A stretch of 64,000 nt of DNA from Minisyncoccota bacterium (GCA_041666915.1 JBAYFZ010000002.1:14771-78770); one strand, 5' to 3'. Shown: positions 1-10,585, counted from the stretch's first letter. Program-made: numbers and translations. Notes: generated by a model from the letters alone, not told the origin.

Positions 1-1173
1 GTTACAACCCCTGCCCCCACCGTCTTACCTCCTTCACGAACGGCAAACCTCTGCTTGTCTTCTAGAGCGACTGGAGCAACGAGTTTGACTTTGAAAGTAA
101 TAGTATCTCCTGGCATAACCATCTCTACCTTCTCAGGAAGAGTTACTTCACCAGTGACGTCTGTTGTACGGATATAGAACTGAGGCTTGTATCCTGTGAA
201 GAATGGAGTGTGGCGACCACCTTCTTCTTTCTTCAAAACGTAAACTTCAGACTCAAATTCTGTATGAGGCTTGACTGAACCTGGCTTGGCCAAAACTTGT
301 CCACGAGAAACACCATCCTTGGCGGTTCCACGGAGAAGAAGACCTGCATTATCTCCTGCCATACCTTCTTTGAGAGATTTGTTGAACATTTCAATACCAG
401 TAATAACGGTCTTACTTGTATCTTTGAAACCAACAATCTCAACTTCTTCACCAACTTTGATCATTCCGCGCTCTATACGACCTGTAACCACAGTTCCACG
501 GCCTTCAATGGAGAAGATATCTTCAATTGGCATAAGGAAAGGCTTGTCTACTTCACGAACAGGAGTAGGAATATATGAATCCAAAGCGGCCATAAGTTCA
601 TCAATCTTTGTTGACCATGTAGCATCACCGTTCAAAGCGTTTGATGCAGAACCACGGATAACTGGAGTGTTTTTACCATCAAACTTATTTTTGGTGAGAA
701 GTTCACGCACTTCTTCTTCAACAAGGTCAATAAGATCTTGTTCTGGTACTAGGTCGCACTTGTTCAAGAATACAACGATCTTTGGAACACCAACTTGGTA
801 AGCCAAAAGAACGTGTTCACGTGTCTGTGGCATAACACCATCAGTAGCTGAAACAACGAGGATAGCACCGTCCATTTGAGCGGCACCTGTAATCATGTTC
901 TTGATAAAGTCGGCGTGTCCTGGACAGTCAATGTGAGCATAGTGACGAGTAGCTGACTCGTACTCAACGTGCGACAAAGAAATTGTAACTGTCTTTGTTG
1001 CATCACGAACTGTACCTCCCTTTGTAATATCTGCGTAAGCTTTGACGTTAGCTAGACCCTTTTTGGACTGAACTGCCAAAAGAGCGGCTGTCAAAGTAGA
1101 CTTGCCGTGGTCAATGTGGCCGATTGTACCGACATTGATGTGTGGCTTCGTACGATTGAATTCTGCTGCCATA
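1..1173 (-). CDS. tuf: elongation factor Tu; C-terminus cut by the window edge, N-terminal Met at 1171-1173
   Basis: Minus-strand translation gives [31 protein letters not shown]...[23 protein letters not shown], the classic EF-Tu G-domain. The two plus-strand ORFs 271..801 and 297..578 are antisense artefacts. Confidence 0.95.
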
Positions 1174-1322
1174 TGATTATTGATTTAGTGCTTTAGCTCG
1201 CATTGCATGGGCGTGTGCCATACAGCGAGAGCCAAAGATAAATTATTACTAGTTATTAAAACGCCCTAAGGCGCGTACCAAATAAGATAACATAATGGTG
1301 ATAATTTCGCAAATTCCAACAC

Positions 1323-1592
1323 CTATCCATACAACTGACTATGTGTCCCTATTTCTATAAAAATAGCGAAAAAACCTTCCATTTTATATACAGCCCTTAT
1401 GTTACCTGTAATATTTATACTTCTATGCCTTACCCACTTACCCTGAAGAGAATGGTTATTCAACAAATGGTGTTGCTGGTCTATTAAAAGCAAATTTCTC
1501 CTTTCAATAAAAGCTTTTTTAACCTCAATATTTTGCCTAGGATAGGATTTCTCAAAATTCTTATGCAAAATGAATCCAACAATTTTCTTCAT
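1323..1592 (-). CDS. putative RelE/ParE-family type II toxin
   Basis: 89 aa; the C-terminal KWVRHRSINITGNIRAVYKMEGFFAIFIEIGTHSQLY resembles the RelE/ParE C-terminal motif (YRIIYxxxxxVYILRIGHR). Lies immediately downstream of a RelB/DinJ-like ORF. A hairpin followed by a T-run lies downstream at about 1265-1285 on the minus strand. Confidence 0.5.
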   Translation of the reverse strand: MKKIVGFILHKNFEKSYPRQNIEVKKAFIERRNLLLIDQQHHLLNNHSLQGKWVRHRSINITGNIRAVYKMEGFFAIFIEIGTHSQLYG

Positions 1593-1618
1593 GAGAATAA
1601 TGATGGATTCTTAATAAT

Positions 1619-1894
1619 CTATAAATTAGCCAAATAGCGATCCATTTTGTCCATATCAGTAAAAAGTGGTGAGAGGTTTTTACCATTTTTCAAATCTTTT
1701 TCTGATTGTTTGATGATTTTCTGTAGATTTTTAGAAGGTTTTGAAGGAACGTTGAAAGTTACACTTTGATCAGCGATAAATTTCTTCAAGAAAGCGTTTA
1801 CAACCGTACTCAAGGGCAGACCCATTAGTCCAGCTATCTTCACAGCCTCTTCCTTGACCTCTTTATCAGCTTTTATATTTATAACCGTTTTCAT
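1619..1894 (-). CDS. RelB/DinJ-family antitoxin (ribbon-helix-helix)
   Basis: 91 aa; VKEEAVKIAGLMGLPLSTVVNAFLKKFIADQSVTF resembles the DinJ/RelB N-terminal RHH. Positioned 5' of the toxin-like ORF with a 27-nt gap. Confidence 0.6.
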   Translation of the reverse strand: MKTVINIKADKEVKEEAVKIAGLMGLPLSTVVNAFLKKFIADQSVTFNVPSKPSKNLQKIIKQSEKDLKNGKNLSPLFTDMDKMDRYLANL

Positions 1895-1930
1895 ATCTAA
1901 AGTATATACAACGGTTAGAGATAGTCAATA

Positions 1931-4075
1931 CTATTTCCTCTTCTCCTTGATCTCCTCAGCAACATTGGCTGGTACAACATCATAGTGATCAAATTCCATC
2001 ATTGCACTACCTTGTCCAGAAGTCATAGAACGGAGTTGGGTGGTATAACCGAACATTTCTGAAAGTGGAACTTTGGCATGAATGGCCAATGCTTGACCCT
2101 TTGGCTCAGAACCTTCAATAGTACCGCGCTTGGAAGCGATAGAACCGTTGATGTCTCCCATGTATTTTTCTGGGGCAACAACTTCAAGTCTCATAATAGG
2201 TTCTAGAATAACAGGCTTGGCTCTCTTGGCAGCATCTTGGAAAGCTTGAGAAGCGGCGATTTTGTAAGCAATTTCTGATGAGTCCACATCGTGATATGAA
2301 CCGAATGTTAATTCACAAGAGACGTTGACCATCTTGTAACCAGCCAAAATACCGCGATCCATAGCTTCATGGACACCCTTTTCTACTGCTGGAATGAACT
2401 CATTTGGAATAACACCTCCCTTGATAGAGTTGATAAATTCAAAATCATCATAACGATGAACAGTCTTTGGAATTTTCTCCCCTTCTGGCCATGGTTCCAT
2501 AGGTTTCAAAGTTAGACGGACGTGTCCATATTGACCCTTACCTCCAGTCTGCTTGATATATTTGTTTTCAGCTTCTGCAGTGTTCAAGATTGTCTCTCTG
2601 TAAGCTACTTGAGGCTCACCGACATTGGCTTCAACACTAAATTCACGCTTCATACGGTCAACCATGATTTCCAAATGCAATTCACCCATTCCTGAAATAA
2701 TAGTTTCGCCAGTTTCCTGATTTGAAGAAACTCTAAAAGTAGGGTCTTCGTTACCAAGTTTACGTAATGCCATACCCATCTTTTCTTGGTCAGCTTTGGT
2801 CTTTGGTTCAATACGTAGAGAAACCACAGGTTCCATGAATTTGATAACTTCAAGAACAATAGGATTGTTTTCGTCGCAGAAAGTATGAGATGTCAAAGCA
2901 TCTTTGAGACCTACAGCTGCAGCAATCTCACCCGCAAAGACTTTCTTTACTTCTTCACGCTGATCGGCTTGCAAGCGAACGATACGACCGAGGCGTTCTT
3001 TTTTACCAGTTGTAGAGTTGTAAATATAAGTACCGGACTCAATAGTTCCTGAATAGACACGGAAGAATGTAAGCTGACCAACGAAAGGATCGTTCTGGAG
3101 TTTGAAAGCTAGAGCTGAGAAAGGTTCACTATCATCTGCATGACGGAAAATCTCCCCTCCTGTATTAGGATCTATACCCTTTATAGAAGGAATATCCAAA
3201 GGTGATGGTAGATAATCAACAACAGCATCTAGAACTAGTTGAACACCGACGTTCTTCAAAGCTGAGCCAGTAAATACTGGGAAAATCTTATTGGCGATGA
3301 CAGCAATACGTGTAATCCTCTTCAATTCATCAATAGAAATCTCTTTTCCTTCAAGATACTGTTGCATAGCAGTATCATCATTCTCAACAATCTTTTCAAT
3401 CATTTCTGCACGATATTTCTTTGCATCTTCTAGCATATCTGCAGGAATTTCCTTTTCAATAATATCAATACCTTTTTCTCCTTCAAAATAGAAAGCCTTC
3501 ATACGCATAAGGTCAACGACTCCGTTATGTTCTCCTTCTAGACCGATAGGAAGTTGGAAACGGATAGCGTGTTTATTCAATCTTTCTACAATAGACTTGA
3601 AAGACCTTTCAAATGAAGCACCCATACGGTCCATCTTATTGATGAAACAAAGACGAGGAACTTTTCCATCGTCAGCGTAACGCCAGTTTGTTTCAGATTG
3701 TGGTTCTACTCCAGCCACTCCGTCAAAGACAACAACAGCGCCATCTAGTACGCGTAGAGAACGCTTTACTTCTACAGTAAAGTCAATGTGTCCTGGTGTA
3801 TCAATAACGTTGAAACGAACCTTCTTGGAAAGATCCGTCTTTGGCATGTATGTAGGATTCCAAAAACAAGTGATGGCAGCCGCTGTAATAGTAATACCGC
3901 GCTCCCTTTCTTGTTCCATCCAGTCTGTGGTTGTCTCACCATCGTGAACTTCACCGATCTTGTGGATCATTCCCGTGTAATACAAGATACGTTCTGAAGT
4001 CGTGGTCTTACCGGCATCAATGTGAGCAATGATACCGAAGTTGCGCATACGCTCAAGAGGATAGTCGCGGTTCAT
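1931..4075 (-). CDS. fusA: elongation factor G
   Basis: 714 aa; AHIDAGKTTTSERIL, DTPGHIDF, NKMDR G-domain motifs with full-length EF-G architecture. Confidence 0.97.
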   Translation of the reverse strand: MNRDYPLERMRNFGIIAHIDAGKTTTSERILYYTGMIHKIGEVHDGETTTDWMEQERERGITITAAAITCFWNPTYMPKTDLSKKVRFNVIDTPGHIDFTVEVKRSLRVLDGAVVVFDGVAGVEPQSETNWRYADDGKVPRLCFINKMDRMGASFERSFKSIVERLNKHAIRFQLPIGLEGEHNGVVDLMRMKAFYFEGEKGIDIIEKEIPADMLEDAKKYRAEMIEKIVENDDTAMQQYLEGKEISIDELKRITRIAVIANKIFPVFTGSALKNVGVQLVLDAVVDYLPSPLDIPSIKGIDPNTGGEIFRHADDSEPFSALAFKLQNDPFVGQLTFFRVYSGTIESGTYIYNSTTGKKERLGRIVRLQADQREEVKKVFAGEIAAAVGLKDALTSHTFCDENNPIVLEVIKFMEPVVSLRIEPKTKADQEKMGMALRKLGNEDPTFRVSSNQETGETIISGMGELHLEIMVDRMKREFSVEANVGEPQVAYRETILNTAEAENKYIKQTGGKGQYGHVRLTLKPMEPWPEGEKIPKTVHRYDDFEFINSIKGGVIPNEFIPAVEKGVHEAMDRGILAGYKMVNVSCELTFGSYHDVDSSEIAYKIAASQAFQDAAKRAKPVILEPIMRLEVVAPEKYMGDINGSIASKRGTIEGSEPKGQALAIHAKVPLSEMFGYTTQLRSMTSGQGSAMMEFDHYDVVPANVAEEIKEKRK

Positions 4076-4183
4076 AAAGGTTTGGGCTTATAAATAAATA
4101 ATAATCTATGGTAAACAAAAAAGCAGGAACTGCTTATTGCCCCATACAATACAGTAAACGGGAGAAATAATCAACGCTTAAAG

Positions 4184-4966
4184 CTATATCATCCCAAGTA
4201 AAGTATCCTTCCAACCCTTCTTCTCTGGTGTACTCAAAAAGAACTCCGATGGACAAGTCGTTTTTGGATTGATTTCTCTATGACCAAAGATTCTATCTTT
4301 TGAGACATTAGAGTATTTCTTACGGATCAATCCTGCGATAGCTTCAAGCTCAATCTGGCTTGGTACACCATTTTCATGATCATCATCCAAACAAATAGCC
4401 GTACTTCTACAGTTGATATCCCAATTCCCCGCTTGCCAACCTATCTCATCATCATTCAACAACCTCTCGCACTTTCCATCTTTACGAACAATCCAATGAT
4501 ATGGCCAAAAAACTTGTAAACCATTTCTAAAATGTCCTGAATAAATAAAATTATCTTTTATTTCTTTGTTAGCATCATAAGTAGGACCTTTCCCTGCATA
4601 CTGTGGAGCATATAGACGAACAAGTTCTATAGCTGACAAACGTTCTTTGGTCAAACCAGGGAAAGAACTCGTATGATGAATAATTATAGTATCAATAGGT
4701 TTTCTTTCTTCATCAAAATTCTTACCTTCTTTACCCAAGGCCACATTTCCAAGTATCAACTGCTCCTCAAAGAAATCGTACACTCTTTCTTTTTGCTTTT
4801 CGTAAGCGGGACGATCCATATCATGTAAACGACTCAAATCCTTCAAGACTTGAGGAATCTCTTTATACCAGTGAGGATTCTTTATCTTTATTTTCCATTC
4901 AGAAATGTTGAAGGTGAACATAACTAAGATAAATAAGCATTTTCCCAACAACTGTAACATACCCAA
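4184..4966 (-). CDS. N-acetylmuramoyl-L-alanine amidase (Amidase_2/PGRP-like) with N-terminal signal anchor
   Basis: DTIIIHHTSS...GWQAGNWDINCRSTAICL...GHREINPKTTCP matches the amidase_2 zinc-amidase signature. Hydrophobic N-terminus. Confidence 0.75.
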   Translation of the reverse strand: MGMLQLLGKCLFILVMFTFNISEWKIKIKNPHWYKEIPQVLKDLSRLHDMDRPAYEKQKERVYDFFEEQLILGNVALGKEGKNFDEERKPIDTIIIHHTSSFPGLTKERLSAIELVRLYAPQYAGKGPTYDANKEIKDNFIYSGHFRNGLQVFWPYHWIVRKDGKCERLLNDDEIGWQAGNWDINCRSTAICLDDDHENGVPSQIELEAIAGLIRKKYSNVSKDRIFGHREINPKTTCPSEFFLSTPEKKGWKDTLLGMI

Positions 4967-5131
4967 CCAAATTTATCTTGGATTGTAACCGGAGTAAGAC
5001 CAAAATAATGCGCACCATACCAAGCCCCGTCACTTGATATTGTGACAAAAATCAAGCTGTGACATTCCACACAAAAAACGATTGCCCGTTGTTTCTGTGT
5101 AAGAATTATTGATTCTTGGATTGTATTCATA

Positions 5132-5380
5132 TTATTTTTTGTAATGATTTGTAATCTGAAAAACTTCAATCACGTCCCCTTTCACGAAAAATAAGGCTCT
5201 GTATTTACGATCAACCCTAAACGAGTAAATTCCATGCCATTTCGGTTCCAGTAATTCTGTGTTTAAAGAAGGATGTTTAATATTCGAAACAAGCAACACG
5301 GTAATCTTTTTCCACTTTGAAGTCAGCTTATGTATTGCCAAATATTCCAATAAATCTGAACGAAGAGGTAAAATCTTCAT
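5132..5380 (-). CDS. putative RelE/ParE-like toxin (second pair)
   Basis: 82 aa; KWHGIYSFRVDRKYRALFFVKGDVIEVFQITNHY resembles the RelE/ParE C-terminal signature. Preceded by a small ORF 11 nt upstream. Confidence 0.45.
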   Translation of the reverse strand: MKILPLRSDLLEYLAIHKLTSKWKKITVLLVSNIKHPSLNTELLEPKWHGIYSFRVDRKYRALFFVKGDVIEVFQITNHYKK

Positions 5381-5391
5381 AGATCAGATAT

Positions 5392-5601
5392 TTACTTTGA
5401 ATAAGAAGATTTTTGGAGACCGCTTTCTAGGTCGGAAATGAATTCTTTTGTATAGAGTTTTGAAGCACGAAAATCTTCGACAATATTCTTGACTGGATCT
5501 TTTATAAGCAATTCAAGTAAGCGTGTAGCCACATTACGATAGGCTTTTGACTCCTTCTTCAGCTTGCTATATTCAGTTTTTGAGATAGTAATTCGATTCA
5601 T
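5392..5601 (-). CDS. putative antitoxin partner of the 5132..5380 toxin
   Basis: 69-aa ORF immediately upstream of the toxin-like gene on the same strand. No strong family signature seen. Confidence 0.35.
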   Translation of the reverse strand: MNRITISKTEYSKLKKESKAYRNVATRLLELLIKDPVKNIVEDFRASKLYTKEFISDLESGLQKSSYSK

Positions 5602-5616
5602 AGAATAATGATAGCA

Positions 5617-5660
5617 AACAAAAACATCCAGTCAATATTGACCGGATGTTTTTGTTATTT
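5617..5660. terminator. bidirectional hairpin terminator between the TA pair and rpsG
   Basis: catccagtcaatattgaccggatg hairpin flanked by an A-run on the left and a T-run on the right. Confidence 0.5.
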
Positions 5661-5685
5661 CTTGAAATGACTCCTTTCGTAAAAA

Positions 5686-6156
5686 TTACCAAGCAAAGTG
5701 AGCAAAAGCTTTGTTAGCTTCGGCCATCTTGTGAACGTTTTCACGCTTTTTGACAGCTTCACCTTCATTCTTGGAAGCAGAGATGATCTCATCGGCCAAC
5801 TTCAAATGAATAGGAGCACCTTTCTTGGAACGAGCAGCTTCAATGATCCATTTCATTGAAAGAGCCATCTTACGTTCTGGGCGAACTTCGCGAGGAACCT
5901 GATAGTTGGCACCACCGACTCGGCGAGAACGAACTTCCATAGCTGGAGAAGTATTCTTGAGAGCAGCTTCAAAGACCTCTAGAGGATTTTCAACTTTGGC
6001 TTTCTCTTTGATAGCAGTCATACAATCAGCAACAATGCCTCGGGCAATGTTTTTCTTTCCTGATTCCATAACGTAGTTGGTAAATTTGGACAATTTCAAA
6101 GAAGCATAATTCGCATCAGGCTTCAATTCACGTTTTATATTGAGTTTACGTCGCAT
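5686..6156 (-). CDS. rpsG: 30S ribosomal protein S7
   Basis: 156 aa; [14 protein letters not shown]...[22 protein letters not shown] is the S7 signature. Confidence 0.97.
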   Translation of the reverse strand: MRRKLNIKRELKPDANYASLKLSKFTNYVMESGKKNIARGIVADCMTAIKEKAKVENPLEVFEAALKNTSPAMEVRSRRVGGANYQVPREVRPERKMALSMKWIIEAARSKKGAPIHLKLADEIISASKNEGEAVKKRENVHKMAEANKAFAHFAW

Positions 6157-6216
6157 GTTAGTTAAATTAAAATTGAAAAATCAAAATGACAATTCAAAAT
6201 AAAAAATTATGAATTA

Positions 6217-6636
6217 TTAAACCTTAGCTGCTTTTGGTCTTTTATTACCATATTGGCTACGACCTTTTCTTCGAGCTTCTACACCTGCACAGTCTAGAAC
6301 ACCTCGGACTACAGAATAACGCAAACCTACATCCTTTACGCGACCTCCCTTTAGAAGAACCACTGCGTGTTCCTGCAAGTTATGACCCATTCCTGGGATA
6401 TAAGCAGTAACTTCAAGACCATTAGTAAGACGTACGCGGGCAATCTTACGAATAGCTGAGTTAGGCTTCTTCGGAGTCTTGGTAGTAACTTTCACGCAAA
6501 CACCTCTCTTGAAAGGAGCTGGGAAGAAACTTGGTCGGTTCTTGATCGTATTGAAAGTACGAGTCAAAGCGACAGATTTTGATTTCTGCTTGAAACGCTT
6601 CCTTGACGACTTGGTCAACTGATTTATTGTTGGCAT
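6217..6636 (-). CDS. rpsL: 30S ribosomal protein S12
   Basis: 139 aa; MPTINQL...[52 protein letters not shown] is the S12 signature. Confidence 0.97.
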   Translation of the reverse strand: MPTINQLTKSSRKRFKQKSKSVALTRTFNTIKNRPSFFPAPFKRGVCVKVTTKTPKKPNSAIRKIARVRLTNGLEVTAYIPGMGHNLQEHAVVLLKGGRVKDVGLRYSVVRGVLDCAGVEARRKGRSQYGNKRPKAAKV

Positions 6637-6842
6637 AATTAAGTGACAGAACTTCCATATTCGGAAGCTCTTTGATCCGCTTTTTTATAGCGAAATTATA
6701 ATTTTGTAGCAAACTGAATTTTTCACCAAAGATGATATGAGAAACACCATCCCCGATTACTCATTTTGCTTGATAATGTACCGATCTCCATCGACGGAGA
6801 CAGTGGGGATACATTAGCATGAGAATATGAATCGGGCAAATG

Positions 6843-7892
6843 TTACAGCAATGATTTTATGGATTCAGCGTTTAAGGTGTAGGCTCGAACAAAAGAATCG
6901 TCCACATGAGCATATAAAATTCCTTCACCTAGTTTTGTCTCTACGAACTGACTAGCAAACGTAATAGTTACCGCTTCAGTATCTTGGATAAACGGCTCAG
7001 GGGAAACCCAATCAATTTTTCCATTTTCGTAATCATAAATAAATAACCCCACTGAGAACATTCCGTATTTTATTTTGTCGCCCATTTTTTGGTTAGCTTC
7101 TCGTCCGTTCATTATACCCAATAACTTTCCTTCACCGACATCAATAAAGTTCTTTGGCAACAAAGGTCCAGGTGAGGCGTGGCCACCAATCCAAGCAATA
7201 TTATGTTCTTTAGGATGAAATACTGTCTCTCCATACCTCCACAGTTTGCTCATATCTTCTGCAATAGCAACTTTAACAATAGAATAAGTTGTATCAGTCT
7301 GACGATCTCGAGATTCAATAAGGTTATACCTGAAACCTTTAGAGTTAAGCGGAGCTATAGAAACTTCCTTTGCACTTAATTGTACTGTGTCCATAAGTAC
7401 AGGCATTGTCATTTCTAGAGAATCTAAATCTTTTCCAACAGCATGCCCAAGATGTATCTTCATTTTTTCTCCTTCATCATTCATCTTTTTTGATGGCCCT
7501 ATTGGAATTGTGAAATACAGATGTATTAAACCAGTAGTTTCATCTATCCAAATATCTGGATCCTCCAATCCAATAAAATCCCAGTCTTTAGGAGTCAAAC
7601 TGTCTATAATTTCTTTTTCGTTTCTAATTATTATACGATCACCAATTTCAAAATACTCCAGCGAATTTCCTCGTATTGTATGTAATTCACTTCTATCAAT
7701 ATATCCTTTTACCGTTACATCTCCCTCTCTACTTGTAATACATCTAATTATCCCTTCCTTATATTGAACTCTTGGGTCAAGAGCAATCGCCATAACGTGC
7801 GTAAACTTTTTATCTGTATTTATTACTCTACCCTCATGCTGAACATATAATTTTGACATAGATTTATTACTATAATTCTTTTTAATATTCAT
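6843..7892 (-). CDS. hypothetical protein, possible beta-propeller glycosidase-like (GH43/GH130-like); function uncertain
   Basis: 349-aa uninterrupted ORF; GLEDPDIWID resembles the EDPR-type motif of five-bladed propeller glycosidases. Weak evidence. Confidence 0.3.
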   Translation of the reverse strand: MNIKKNYSNKSMSKLYVQHEGRVINTDKKFTHVMAIALDPRVQYKEGIIRCITSREGDVTVKGYIDRSELHTIRGNSLEYFEIGDRIIIRNEKEIIDSLTPKDWDFIGLEDPDIWIDETTGLIHLYFTIPIGPSKKMNDEGEKMKIHLGHAVGKDLDSLEMTMPVLMDTVQLSAKEVSIAPLNSKGFRYNLIESRDRQTDTTYSIVKVAIAEDMSKLWRYGETVFHPKEHNIAWIGGHASPGPLLPKNFIDVGEGKLLGIMNGREANQKMGDKIKYGMFSVGLFIYDYENGKIDWVSPEPFIQDTEAVTITFASQFVETKLGEGILYAHVDDSFVRAYTLNAESIKSLL

Positions 7893-7920
7893 ATTCTATA
7901 AAAGAAACTGAAAAACAAAA

Positions 7921-8529
7921 TCAAAGTCCCACACCAGTAATCAGCTTAAAAGCCCAAGGGATTATCGGAGAAACAAATCTCCAGAGAAAGAAAACGACAA
8001 TGAGGACAAAAATAGGGGCATAGGTCTCCATCATCATCCTTATTTGTCCATATTGATTTGGTAACCAAGCGAACAATAACTTTGAACCATCTAATGGTGG
8101 TAAAGGAATAAGATTGAATATTGCTAAAACCAAGTTGATAATGACTATATATGAACAAATCTCTATAAAAGGAGCGCTAAAAGTTGCTCCACTGATTGCA
8201 AAACGAATGATCGTACCGAATACAAGAGCTAATAAGAGATTGGAAATAGGGCCAGCAATAGCAATGAGGAATTCCCCTTGTCTCTTATTCTTTAAATTAT
8301 AAGGGTTGTACTCTACAGGTTTTGCCCAGCCGAAAGTGAAACCCGACAGAGATGTGATGAGTGGAAAAAGAATAGAACCAACAGGATCTATATGTTTCAA
8401 AGGATTCAAAGTCAATCTTCCCTGCAATCTAGGGGTAGGATCACCCAACCTATCAGCCATAAAACCGTGAGAGATCTCGTGGATAATGATTGAGAAGATT
8501 AAAATGATTATGGAGAGAATTGTTAACAT
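7921..8529 (-). CDS. site-2 protease family (M50) zinc metalloprotease
   Basis: HEISH zinc motif in the first TM helix, multiple TM segments, NLIPLPPLDG motif. Confidence 0.8.
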   Translation of the reverse strand: MLTILSIIILIFSIIIHEISHGFMADRLGDPTPRLQGRLTLNPLKHIDPVGSILFPLITSLSGFTFGWAKPVEYNPYNLKNKRQGEFLIAIAGPISNLLLALVFGTIIRFAISGATFSAPFIEICSYIVIINLVLAIFNLIPLPPLDGSKLLFAWLPNQYGQIRMMMETYAPIFVLIVVFFLWRFVSPIIPWAFKLITGVGL

Positions 8530-8580
8530 GGGGTTGAATATCTATAAGCTCTATGTTAGCATATCACTCTAATCAACTTT

Positions 8581-8823
8581 ATGTCCAAAGTCTGTGCAAT
8601 AACTAAAAGAGGTTCAGTAATGGGAGGTCGTTATTCCAACGCCACTCGTGCTACCCAATTCAACCCTTGTGGAAAAATCCGCAAATATCCAAATCTTCAA
8701 AAGAAGCGTATTTATGTTCCTGAACTAAAGAAATCCTTTGTTTTGAATATCTCTACACGTGCACTTCGTACTATTGAAAAGAACGGTGCTTTCGTTACAT
8801 TGAAAAAGGCAGGTGTTATATAA
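8581..8823 (+). CDS. rpmB: 50S ribosomal protein L28
   Basis: 80 aa; MSKVCAITKRGSVMGGRYSNATRATQ...YVPELKKSFVL matches the L28 pattern. Confidence 0.9.
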   Translation: MSKVCAITKRGSVMGGRYSNATRATQFNPCGKIRKYPNLQKKRIYVPELKKSFVLNISTRALRTIEKNGAFVTLKKAGVI

Positions 8824-9004
8824 GACAGTTGATTAATCTTGATAGTATTTATTAGATTTGATATGCTTCTATTAGAAGTATGCAATAATAACTTATGAGG
8901 CGCTTTGGTGTTCCCTTAGAATATCTAGGGCTTGAGCTAAAGATAACCACCTTGTGAGACGCTACTTCTAACAAAGAACCCGCTAAGGCGGATTTTTTGT
9001 TAGA

Positions 9005-9655
9005 TTATTCTTTAAAAAGTTCCCTGCCCTCATCAATAATATTCCTTTGTAAAATCTTAAAAAATTCTTCCCCAAAATATCCACCTTCTAAATATCTAGC
9101 CAATGCGCCGACAACCCAATCAGCAATTTGGACATTAGCCATAGAAATAGAATCGACCATTTCAATTTGTAAAACCACATCTTTAGAAAGACTCAATAAG
9201 AGATAAGCTCTGAGAGATTCTTTAAATTCAGACTCTGACATTCCACCTAATCTTCTTCGATCACAAAATATCCTAAATTCCTTATCATCTGTTGGTAAAT
9301 ATGAGGCAAGTAATTCACCAACAATATTTGTATACAAGAGACCACTTCGTAATTTATTCTTATGGATATAATCTTTAGGAATATTCTTATTAAACACATA
9401 AACAAATCGTATATGTATATCGAGTCTAGAGAGTTCCCTCAACATTTTTAAACGTAAATCATCAGAGATTCCCGTATTTGACCATTTTATTTCATTCAAA
9501 TCACGCATCTTTACAGGAAAATGACTTCTGCACCATGCACGAAATCTTTTTGCTGTAATTTTTGGTTCTTCAATTGAAACAGATGCTATTACAAAATAAT
9601 TTTTATTATCACGTTTTGTAAATTGACCACTTTCATCCAGAAAAATATAAACCAT
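9005..9655 (-). CDS. DUF3800-family protein
   Basis: 216 aa starting MVYIFLDESGQF, the IDESG hallmark of DUF3800. Confidence 0.6.
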   Translation of the reverse strand: MVYIFLDESGQFTKRDNKNYFVIASVSIEEPKITAKRFRAWCRSHFPVKMRDLNEIKWSNTGISDDLRLKMLRELSRLDIHIRFVYVFNKNIPKDYIHKNKLRSGLLYTNIVGELLASYLPTDDKEFRIFCDRRRLGGMSESEFKESLRAYLLLSLSKDVVLQIEMVDSISMANVQIADWVVGALARYLEGGYFGEEFFKILQRNIIDEGRELFKE

Positions 9656-9674
9656 ATTCCTATATGATTAAAAA

Positions 9675-10583
9675 CTATTCCCAATTCACAACCTTAACTG
9701 TCTTTCCGTCAGAAGTTATCTTAACCGTTCCCTTCTCTTTCAAATTGAACTTCTTATCATCTTTAATATAAGCCAGAGGATCTATAACCTCTTTCTTTGC
9801 CTTCGCCCTTAAAACCGTAGACTTATTTGTAACCTTGCGTGAATACACCAAGTACTCTGGCTTAATTTCATTTATCAATTGTGAATAGATATTTTCCGGC
9901 AAAGCACTATGTGAAACTACTAGAACATCTGCATCGCCCAAAGTAGAAGATGGTGAAAAAACTATAGCCCTTTGGGTTTTATTAGAGGCACTACCCAAGA
10001 AGGTAATATTTGTTGAACCAAAAGAGATATTAAATAAAACCTCTGGTGAACTTGTCTTAGAATAAGTAAAATCACTATCTTTGATTGGAAATATGGATTT
10101 TATAGAAACTTTTCCATCTAAAACAATATTATCATCTGCCAAAACTTTGTCTGTTTTTATATTTTCAATATTTAAAGTATCAATAAAAGTAGAATAAATC
10201 TGATCCGTAGAACTAGCCAGACCAACAGTCTCTAATGTAACAGCAGGTACGAAGGCTTGATTGACTTTGTAACGCTCCACCACATCTATGAGGCCCGAGA
10301 CATTTTTACCATCGGTATTGGTAGCCATGATCATATCTATATAATGCGAATAAAAAGGAATAATCTTAGTCAATTCTCTTATAATCTCAGAATTTGGACC
10401 ACCATCAATAAGTATCCTTTTATCTTCTGGAGTACGTATGAACATGGAGCGTCCATTACTTAGAGAAAAAATGTATATCTCTAAAATAGGTGGCCTACTA
10501 GATTCTTTCCAAACGTAACCACCTAGACCACTAGCCAAGGCAGTAGAAGCTACAGCTATAACCAAAGGTTTTGATATATTCAT
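9675..10583 (-). CDS. metallo-beta-lactamase-fold protein resembling the C-terminal domain of ComEC/Rec2; N-terminal signal/TM
   Basis: 302 aa; IYIFSLSNGRSMFIRTPEDKRILIDGG resembles the ComEC MBL-domain opening motif. The separately encoded comEC at 11557..13392 lacks this domain. Shares an upstream box with comEC and comM. Confidence 0.55.
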   Translation of the reverse strand: MNISKPLVIAVASTALASGLGGYVWKESSRPPILEIYIFSLSNGRSMFIRTPEDKRILIDGGPNSEIIRELTKIIPFYSHYIDMIMATNTDGKNVSGLIDVVERYKVNQAFVPAVTLETVGLASSTDQIYSTFIDTLNIENIKTDKVLADDNIVLDGKVSIKSIFPIKDSDFTYSKTSSPEVLFNISFGSTNITFLGSASNKTQRAIVFSPSSTLGDADVLVVSHSALPENIYSQLINEIKPEYLVYSRKVTNKSTVLRAKAKKEVIDPLAYIKDDKKFNLKEKGTVKITSDGKTVKVVNWE

Positions 10584-10585
10584 AC

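Noticed and set aside
271-801. Plus-strand ORFs 271..801 and 297..578
   Set aside because: They lie entirely inside and antisense to the unmistakable EF-Tu coding sequence; Pro/Ser/Arg-rich translation typical of antisense artefacts.
4924-5169. 81-aa ORF with CVEC...CYSC between the toxin and amidase genes
   Set aside because: It overlaps both neighbours (about 38 nt and 43 nt) on the same strand and fills the whole spacer. A zinc-ribbon micro-protein is possible but unsupported, so it is not called.
6461-6712. 83-aa minus-strand ORF overlapping the rpsL start
   Set aside because: Out-of-frame overlap with the S12 N-terminus and the rpsL leader; no support.
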